In this document: positions 17,812 through 23,928 of the stretch, piece after piece
Layout: each line of letters begins with the position of its first letter
Position numbering within the stretch: the first letter of the stretch is position 1
Assembly (NCBI GenBank): GCA_040222015.1
Contig: JAVJWO010000136.1
Span: 1-23,928 of the forward strand
Source: Coleofasciculus chthonoplastes F2-STO-03
GTDB lineage: Bacteria > Cyanobacteriota > Cyanobacteriia > Cyanobacteriales > Coleofasciculaceae
Reading direction: 5' to 3'
DNA length: 23,928 nucleotides
Notes under the pieces: generated by a model
What the model saw: the letters and a program-made list of their open reading frames with translations, nothing else
What the model was told of the DNA's origin: nothing
Database searches by the model: none
Made by a program: the position numbers and the translations under genes

Positions 17812-17850
17812 TAATGTAACGGTCAGTCTAAATTTGGATACTTATAATTA

Positions 17851-18483
17851 ATGATTAGTTATCTCAAAGGAACAGTCACGACGATTCAGAAAGGGAATGG
17901 GAATCGAGTTACTCTGATTCTAGAGGTGAACCAAATTGGGTATGAGGTGCAAATTACTCGACAGCTATCCCAAGAGGTTCAGATCGGATCAGAACAAGTG
18001 GTACAAGTTTTTACTCACCTGCAAATCCGGGAAGATCAACAAATCCTCTATGGCTTCGCGTCAGCCGCAGAACGGGATTTATTTCGCCAGTTGGTGAGTG
18101 TGAGTGGGATTGGCGCCCAATTAGCGATCGCACTTATCGATACTCTAGGATTGCAAAATCTGGTTCAGGCGATTGTCACTGGGAATACTCGCACCTTAGC
18201 CAAAACACCGGGAGTGGGTAGCAAAACCGCTGAACGCATCGCCTTGGAACTGAAAACCAAGTTATCCGAATGGCGAAAATTCGCGGGTGTGGAAACCCCA
18301 GCCAGTGCAACGGGACCATCCCCCGCTATTTTAGAAGATGTGGAAATGACCCTATTAGCCCTAGGGTATGAAACCGCCGAAATTACCCAGGCGCTGAATG
18401 CGATTAGTCAGGATGGACTGCTGGCGAAAAACCCCAACGCCGAGGAATGGATTCGACGCGCGATCGCATGGTTGAGTCAGTAA
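17851..18483 (+). CDS. ruvA: Holliday junction branch migration protein RuvA
   Basis: MISYLKG, IGYEV, IRED...LYGF, LVSVSGIG, PGVGSKTAERIALELK and LLALGY motifs. Confidence 0.97.
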   Translation: MISYLKGTVTTIQKGNGNRVTLILEVNQIGYEVQITRQLSQEVQIGSEQVVQVFTHLQIREDQQILYGFASAAERDLFRQLVSVSGIGAQLAIALIDTLGLQNLVQAIVTGNTRTLAKTPGVGSKTAERIALELKTKLSEWRKFAGVETPASATGPSPAILEDVEMTLLALGYETAEITQALNAISQDGLLAKNPNAEEWIRRAIAWLSQ

Positions 18484-18486
18484 AGG

Positions 18487-19914
18487 TTACGATATTTTGG
18501 ACTGAGTAAACCATCGATAAACGGCTAAACTGATACAATAACCAATGCCAATACTGAGAATAACACTCAATGATGCCCCTAGCCAAGAACTCGCGATTGA
18601 GGGTTCAGGTTTACCTTTATCTAGACGGTGAGAAACTGTGGCGGTGATGGGGTCTTCAATAATTTGACCGACGCCAATCGCCGCACCAACACCCGCTAAA
18701 ATTTGTCCCAGTTTCGCTTGTTGTTGATTCTGCTGATTTTGATGGGCGGCTTCATCAATGCTGACCTGGGTTTGTACACTCAGCATGAGTTTTTCATAGA
18801 GTTGAATACCGGGACTGAGAAAACCAATATTCGCTTCCATTTGTTCCCGGTAAAAACTAATCTCCTGCTCAAATTCGGTGAAGAATTGCGGTGGAGTCTG
18901 TCCGGTTTGCTGTTGAATTTGTCGGAGACATTCTTGATAATTCTTAAGATTGACGCCAACGGTTTTGGATTGGTCTTGTAGGAAAGAGAGTTTTTTATAA
19001 TAGTCCAGGGAGTCTTGCGGGAGCTTTTTCAGGGATTGACTATCCCATTTTTGTTGATGGTAATCCTCGGTGAGTCGTTCGATGGCTTCGTACTGTTGGC
19101 TGAGTATCTTTTTTAAGATAATGCTTTGGGAGTGGAAAAAGTGAATTTTATGATAACTGAGCAGCATATCTTGGCAGATGCGATACACTTTATCGGCTTG
19201 CTGCTCAATGGTTGAGTCTTGGTAGAGAAAAACACAGCTTAGATGGATAGATTCAATAGCATAGTTATTAAATTTTTGGATAGTAACGGGTTTGGCGTAA
19301 ATACAAAACGGGCTGTTTAAAAATTCCTCGACTCTGAGATTGTTTGGGTCAATGGGTATGCCATAGTAGTGACTGAGACAATGGGCGGCGATTTGGGGAA
19401 TATCGCTAGGGGAATAGTAGGAACTGGGTAAAATTCCGGCAAGGATGACGGTTTGTCCGAGTTCCAGAGGTAAGTTGGCAATATGTTCACCCAGATTCGC
19501 AAAAATGGGTAGGGCTTGTTCTTGGTGAATCGAGGGAACGTAGCTGGTGAAGCGCAGCAAGTAGGTGTCATTGAGGCGACGTGCGACTAGGCGACTGTGG
19601 ATAATTCCTGTTTCTAAATACAGTCGGTCATTGTTGGGTTTTTGGCATTCTGGCGGAACAGTGGTGAAATCGAGGACGTTTCCAGAGGGGGCTAATTCTT
19701 GTTCAATGGGGATGAGTTGAACAAAGTCTGATGCCCGTTTATTGGTGCTGCTGGTGAGGTGGGTGGAGAGGTTTTGCAGGTTTTCCTGGAAGAATTTCCG
19801 CCGCTTGTCTGTGGTTTCTGGAGGTTCGTTGAGGCTATTTCGCAGCACGTAATGATAGAGGTGCAGCGTGGGGGATAAAAGTTTAATTGTGGTACTGGTT
19901 TGGGTGGGATTCAT
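18487..19914 (-). CDS. Hypothetical 475-aa protein with helical/coiled region and two C-terminal TM helices (CorA/CATRA-C-like topology)
   Basis: Long clean ORF. Hydrophobic segments LGQILAGVGAAIGVGQII and WLGASLSVILSIGIGYCISLAVYRWF follow a Gln-rich helix. The family assignment is inference. Confidence 0.8.
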   Translation of the reverse strand: MNPTQTSTTIKLLSPTLHLYHYVLRNSLNEPPETTDKRRKFFQENLQNLSTHLTSSTNKRASDFVQLIPIEQELAPSGNVLDFTTVPPECQKPNNDRLYLETGIIHSRLVARRLNDTYLLRFTSYVPSIHQEQALPIFANLGEHIANLPLELGQTVILAGILPSSYYSPSDIPQIAAHCLSHYYGIPIDPNNLRVEEFLNSPFCIYAKPVTIQKFNNYAIESIHLSCVFLYQDSTIEQQADKVYRICQDMLLSYHKIHFFHSQSIILKKILSQQYEAIERLTEDYHQQKWDSQSLKKLPQDSLDYYKKLSFLQDQSKTVGVNLKNYQECLRQIQQQTGQTPPQFFTEFEQEISFYREQMEANIGFLSPGIQLYEKLMLSVQTQVSIDEAAHQNQQNQQQAKLGQILAGVGAAIGVGQIIEDPITATVSHRLDKGKPEPSIASSWLGASLSVILSIGIGYCISLAVYRWFTQSKIS

Positions 19915-20089
19915 GGTTAAACTTCTTGCCCTCAGACTTAAGGTCTGGGATTATATAAATGGAGTCTGCTGATACAATTTATGAATAATTCATAGGAGTT
20001 ACGAAAAAGCTTTATCTATAGTGGCGTGGCACACCTTAGCAAGATGAATTAGAATGGGAGACCCGAAACCGTAGGGGCGCAAAGACTTG

Positions 20090-20331
20090 CATCTGTGTCA
20101 ACTTAAGCTCAACCCCTCACCCCCAGCCCCTCTCCCACGCTTGGGAGAGGGGAGCAAGAGGGGAGCAAGAGGGGAGCAAGAGGGGAGCAAGAGGGGAGCA
20201 AGAAAATCCGGTTCCCCTTCTCCCCACGGAGGGAGAAGGGGTTAGGGGATGAGGGGGAAATTTTTGAGGTAGTAGATAGACACAGCTTAAAACTTGCCAG
20301 CATTGACTTTCACCTTAAGTTGACACCAATG
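20090..20331. mobile_element. MITE with 18-bp TIRs and 9-bp target-site duplication (IS4-like)
   Basis: CATCTGTGTCAACTTAAG ... CTTAAGTTGACACCAATG (16/18 match). TSD AAAGACTTG at 20081-89 and 20332-40. Confidence 0.9.
20147..20201. repeat. 11-bp tandem repeat x5 (GAGGGGAGCAA)
   Basis: Five exact copies inside a CCCCTCACCCCC...GGGGATGAGGGG inverted-repeat element (20113-20256). Confidence 0.95.
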
Positions 20332-20531
20332 AAAGACTTGCGCCCGATTCAATGGTCAAATCTAATCCACAATTTTAACTGTGCCACGCCGCCATCGTGT
20401 GTTAGCGTAGCGTAACGCACCGTAACCAATATATAGGGTGTGGCTGCGTAAATCCTGATTCAGATAGTTTAACCCCGCACAGGTGGGTTGGCTTTGGGTA
20501 ACTGTGATGTCTAATTGTCCAGTATCGGATA

Positions 20532-20990
20532 TCAGTTGGCAGCATTTTGATTTCCTGGTTTACCTTGACCTTGTACCGGGGGATTATTGTCCTGATTGCG
20601 TTGGTTTAACTGTTGAGTTGCCCAGTTTTGCAGATATTGACAGATATCACGCCCTTCATTTATCAGTATTCTCTTGGTTTCAGGCGGTGCATCAGCTCCT
20701 TCACCCGGATCATTTATTTTTTTGACGAGCTTTCGGGTATCGTCAATACCTAACCTATTGTAGATAGGTAACAGCCATTTTTTTAAATTTTCATGCCCAG
20801 ATTTGTAGCACAATTCTCCTATTTTATTTGCCATTATCCACGGATTCAAACGGTCTTTCTCTGGTAACTGGGTTAAGTATCTGGCAATAGCAACACGGGT
20901 GTTGGTCGTTAGTTTTTCCTCCAGTTCAGTCGTTGAATTTTCTAACAGTTGACCAAAAGCTTGACAAATTAGTATATGTTCCTTATTCAT
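20532..20990 (-). CDS. Hypothetical 152-aa helical protein directly downstream of the CHAT gene
   Basis: ATG lies 3 nt after the CHAT gene stop. Low-complexity N/Q tail. Confidence 0.8.
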   Translation of the reverse strand: MNKEHILICQAFGQLLENSTTELEEKLTTNTRVAIARYLTQLPEKDRLNPWIMANKIGELCYKSGHENLKKWLLPIYNRLGIDDTRKLVKKINDPGEGADAPPETKRILINEGRDICQYLQNWATQQLNQRNQDNNPPVQGQGKPGNQNAAN

Positions 20991-20993
20991 GTT

Positions 20994-23396
20994 CTAACAT
21001 CCTGTCAGTATAAACGCCGCCCAATAGTAAGGATTCTCAAAGGGGATGCCTTCTAGGGAATAGAGTGCTGCATCCAAACGAATTCTTTCTGTGATCTCTA
21101 GTTTACTCAAATCCCAAGTGTTTGCTCGTTCTATCAATTCATCAGCCGTGCAGCGACGCAGCCAGTTCTGGGCATTTTTCAGGGCGATGGCTTTATTCCC
21201 GGTTTGTTCGAGTTGGCGATAGAATTCATCAAAAATAAAGGCGGTGGCGATAGAGTTAACTTTCCACTGACTACCGATAACGGCTTTTGCACCTGCTAGC
21301 AAAAAGCCAGTGGGAAGTCCTAAATATTCTTCTATAGGTTGAAAGGCATCCACAACACCTGTGCAGCAGGCGGAAAGGGTGACTAAATCGGCTTGGGGGA
21401 TATGCAAGTCGGCAAAAATGGTATTGAGGGTGAGATTCTCCTCGCTGTTTGCCGATAACATGAGATAGGAGTCGAGGGGATTCTGGAAATTGTATTCGGC
21501 ATGACCTGAAAAATGGAAGCAATGGGTATCAGTAGCCGAGTGTAAAATTTCAGCTTTTGAGGCTTGTTTCCCGGGAAAAATTTTCCGGTGACTAAATTGT
21601 TGGCGCTGGCTGATACTTGCCATTTCCGCTTTGGCAAAGATTAAGTCTTTGTCTTGGGTGGGATTTTCTATACCCATTAAGGAATGACGAGAACGTTGGC
21701 GGTTTTGGCATATTTTCCAGGTTTGGAGGTTGGGCAAATAACTGACGGCAAAGCGCTCAATGAGTCGCTGGTGGTCATTTAACCACAAAGCATGAAGGGG
21801 GAAAAGGTGTAAGTATTTATGAGGGACAATGATTAAGTGCTGAATCTGAGCGGGAATGTGGGGGAGTAAGGTTGACAAGTTGAGGGAATCGGAAATTTGA
21901 TTGATTTGCTCAGAGATGGTTTGGATGGTTGCGTCAATGTCTTCGTCTTCCTTTTTATTGGATGGTGTTTTCGCCGTAATGTTGGATACCCAAGTTTGAG
22001 CGAGTTTGTCGATGAATTTGGGGTTAAGTTTGACAGGAATAGATTCAGGAGAGTTAGCTTCAGGTATAATTAATAGGGTTAGGAGCTTGTTGGCAGTGAA
22101 GAAGAATTCCAGAATGGCTGTATCGGATGGGAGTACAGACTGAATTTGTCGGAAGGATAGAGGGGATACTTTTGTCTTGGCAATAAACTCAGGTTCGATA
22201 ACAGCGACTTGAGCATAGAGGGTTTCTAAGGCTTTTTTGGCGTCTTGCCAGCGAACCTCTAGTTGTTTGAGTTGCTGCTCGTCTAAGTTCTGATTAATTC
22301 CGTTCGTGTAGTCCTGTAATCGTTTCTTTTCGGTTACTTTTGCCTGGTTTATTTGTGCTGCTAGTTCTGGTGTAACCGTATTCGGTAAGGGGGCATAGTG
22401 TTGGGCGATTCGCTCGACTAGATATCGATTCCGAAAAAGTTCCGTATAGAAAAATGCACGGTTTAAGTCACCTGTTTTAATTGAGAAATAAACAATCCGT
22501 TGATAGATGTCTAAATAGGAGTTGAGTAAAGAACGCCGGGTGATAATATCTCGACCTTCTTGCAATTTATCTAAGCAGGCAATAATGCGATGGTAACAGA
22601 ATTTTGCCTTTTGGGGGTTATTAGTAGAAAAATAGCGATCAACGGTGTCTTTAACTCGCGTTTCTTGCAGAAACAGGAGTAAGTCATCCTCGATTTGTTG
22701 AGTTTGTGATTGCGTAAGAGCCGTGATTTTTGGTAGGAGTTTGGCAACAAGCAAACGGGTGAAAGGATTGCAATGGTGCTGCAATTTTCTGAGTCCTGTA
22801 ATAGCTTTTGGATTGCCAATACCAATTTTCTCTAGGATGGCGACGGCTTCTTCGCGAGCTGGCACCTTCCGGCTGGTATCTAACAGTTCGAGGAGTGCCT
22901 CAATTACCTTTGGGTTGTCTGTGCCGATTTTCCCTAGGCTTTCAGCGACTCGCCTGCGGGTGAACTCATCCTGAGTTGTCTGTAGCAGTTGGATGAGTGC
23001 CTCTATTACCTTTGGGTTGCCTGGGTCGATTTTCTCTAGGCTGTAAGCGGCTCGCCTGCGGGTTTCCTCATCCTGAGTTCTGTCTAGCAGTTGGATGAGT
23101 GCCTCAATTACCTTTGGGTTGCCTGTGCCAATCTTCTCTAGGCTTTCAGCAGCTCGCTTGCGGGTGGATTCATCCTGAGTTGTCTGTAGCAGTTGTATGA
23201 GTGCCTCAATTACCTTTGGGTTGTCTGTGCCGATTTTCCCTAGGCTTTCAGCGACTCGCCTGCGGGTGAACTCATCCTGAATTCTGTCTAGTAGTTGGAT
23301 GAGTGCCTCTATTACCTTTGGGTTGCCTGTGCCGATTTTCCCTAACCTGATGGCAGCTCGCCTGCGGGTGGATTTATCCTGAGTTAAGCGATTCAA
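20994..23396 (-). CDS. HEAT(PBS-lyase-like)-repeat + CHAT (caspase-like) protease, probably 5'-truncated
   Basis: 34-aa HEAT repeats. CHAT motifs LIIVPHKYLHLFPLHAL, FHFSGHA (catalytic His), LVTLSACCTG (catalytic Cys), GFLLAGAKAVIGSQWKV and PYYWAAF. Starts abruptly at a TTG with no obvious SD. Confidence 0.9.
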   Translation of the reverse strand: MNRLTQDKSTRRRAAIRLGKIGTGNPKVIEALIQLLDRIQDEFTRRRVAESLGKIGTDNPKVIEALIQLLQTTQDESTRKRAAESLEKIGTGNPKVIEALIQLLDRTQDEETRRRAAYSLEKIDPGNPKVIEALIQLLQTTQDEFTRRRVAESLGKIGTDNPKVIEALLELLDTSRKVPAREEAVAILEKIGIGNPKAITGLRKLQHHCNPFTRLLVAKLLPKITALTQSQTQQIEDDLLLFLQETRVKDTVDRYFSTNNPQKAKFCYHRIIACLDKLQEGRDIITRRSLLNSYLDIYQRIVYFSIKTGDLNRAFFYTELFRNRYLVERIAQHYAPLPNTVTPELAAQINQAKVTEKKRLQDYTNGINQNLDEQQLKQLEVRWQDAKKALETLYAQVAVIEPEFIAKTKVSPLSFRQIQSVLPSDTAILEFFFTANKLLTLLIIPEANSPESIPVKLNPKFIDKLAQTWVSNITAKTPSNKKEDEDIDATIQTISEQINQISDSLNLSTLLPHIPAQIQHLIIVPHKYLHLFPLHALWLNDHQRLIERFAVSYLPNLQTWKICQNRQRSRHSLMGIENPTQDKDLIFAKAEMASISQRQQFSHRKIFPGKQASKAEILHSATDTHCFHFSGHAEYNFQNPLDSYLMLSANSEENLTLNTIFADLHIPQADLVTLSACCTGVVDAFQPIEEYLGLPTGFLLAGAKAVIGSQWKVNSIATAFIFDEFYRQLEQTGNKAIALKNAQNWLRRCTADELIERANTWDLSKLEITERIRLDAALYSLEGIPFENPYYWAAFILTGC
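22875..23384 (-). repeat. Five near-identical 102-bp tandem repeats encoding HEAT units (a sixth, diverged copy extends to ~22773)
   Basis: Unit TQDxxTRRRxAxxLxKIxxxNPKVIEALIQLLxx. DNA motifs such as TTACCTTTGGGTTG recur every 102 bp. Confidence 0.95.
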
Positions 23397-23711
23397 ATTA
23401 ATCCTGATGTTGCTGACCTTTGGTACAACAAAGGCACAACCTACTGTACAATGAAGCGCTACAACGACGCGCTATCCTGCTTTGAGCGAGTTCTGAACAT
23501 TGAACCTGATAATGCAATGGCTCAGACAAGCCGTTCATTCATCCTCGCTACTCCAGAAATCTTTAAAATAAACCCATTACGCTCTAATCCTAATGATGAA
23601 AATACGGATGAAAGTAGTGAGGAGGTTGAGATTCCCAGAGAGCGAGAAATTGGTCGCCAAATCAGCACATCTTTATGGCAAAGTAGTGAGAATGAGTTGA
23701 TGGGAGAATGA
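23388..23711 (+). pseudogene. 3' fragment of a TPR-repeat gene
   Basis: The frame opens after TAA at 23385-87: AIQINPDVADLWYNKGTTYCTMKRYNDALSCFERVLNIEPDNAMA. This is a TPR starting mid-repeat, so the ATG at 23451 is internal. Confidence 0.75.
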
Positions 23712-23928
23712 GTCGGCTAAGTCGGGGCTGCTGAATAAGTCTTGTGGTGAGGAGCGGGAATAGGCAATGGGCTAATAATGGAATGTCCGGTTCTTCAGTA
23801 CTTATTATGCTAAATTGTTAGTTGAAATATTCAAAGCCTTTATATAACAAAAGGTTTGGGCGTTATCTGGATGTTTTTCTCAATTTTGAATAGCTGAGGC
23901 GCTACAATTATTATGGGGCTTGGTTTTT

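Larger units (their letters stand above)
19993..20457. mobile_element. Composite nested MITE/REP element
   Basis: Outer ends TAGGAGTTACG ... CGTAAATCCTG are flanked by the direct repeat ATTCA (19988-92, 20458-62). Contains further nested inverted-repeat elements. Confidence 0.65.

Noticed and set aside
20109..20303. 64-aa ORF (and 5310..5567)
   Set aside because: These are translations of MITE and tandem-repeat DNA.
19940..20544. Possible 47-aa ORF (MLPTDIRYW...NPRP) restored by removing the nested element
   Set aside because: No recognisable protein features or RBS, and an open frame of this length can arise by chance.
22875..23384. Regularly spaced repeats as a possible CRISPR array
   Set aside because: The period is 102 bp (34 codons), in frame, with no unique spacers. 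These are coding HEAT repeats.
23724..23928. GGGGCTGCTGAATAAG plus heptamer-like repeats, possibly the left end of another MITE
   Set aside because: No matching right end or target duplication within the window.

Overview
Cyanobacterial DNA, shown by frequent HIP1 octamers GCGATCGC (e.g. near 1574, 1694, 2204, 8246, 10793, 18123), cyanobacteriochrome-type GAF domains, spp and DUF928. The dense REP-like repeats and MITEs suggest a filamentous strain (inference). Left to right: a frameshifted TnpB-like gene cut by the window edge, an IS605-type right-end hairpin, an unannotated 29-aa membrane microprotein with a structured upstream region, nanE, a PEP-CTERM protein, a truncated GH1 beta-glucosidase, a GT39/ArnT-like membrane glycosyltransferase, a 1765-aa CBS-GAF-PAS-GAF hybrid histidine kinase, a Mg-chelatase H family gene, DUF928, an MNT-HEPN toxin-antitoxin pair, spp and ruvA. 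The right end holds the most interesting unit, a three-gene minus-strand module: a HEAT-repeat protein with an intact CHAT (caspase-like) protease, a closely linked 152-aa protein, and a 475-aa protein with two C-terminal TM helices. It resembles a CATRA-like protease-activated conflict system. A five-layer nest of miniature elements interrupts the module, and its 5' end is joined head-to-head to a 5'-truncated TPR gene at a sharp breakpoint.
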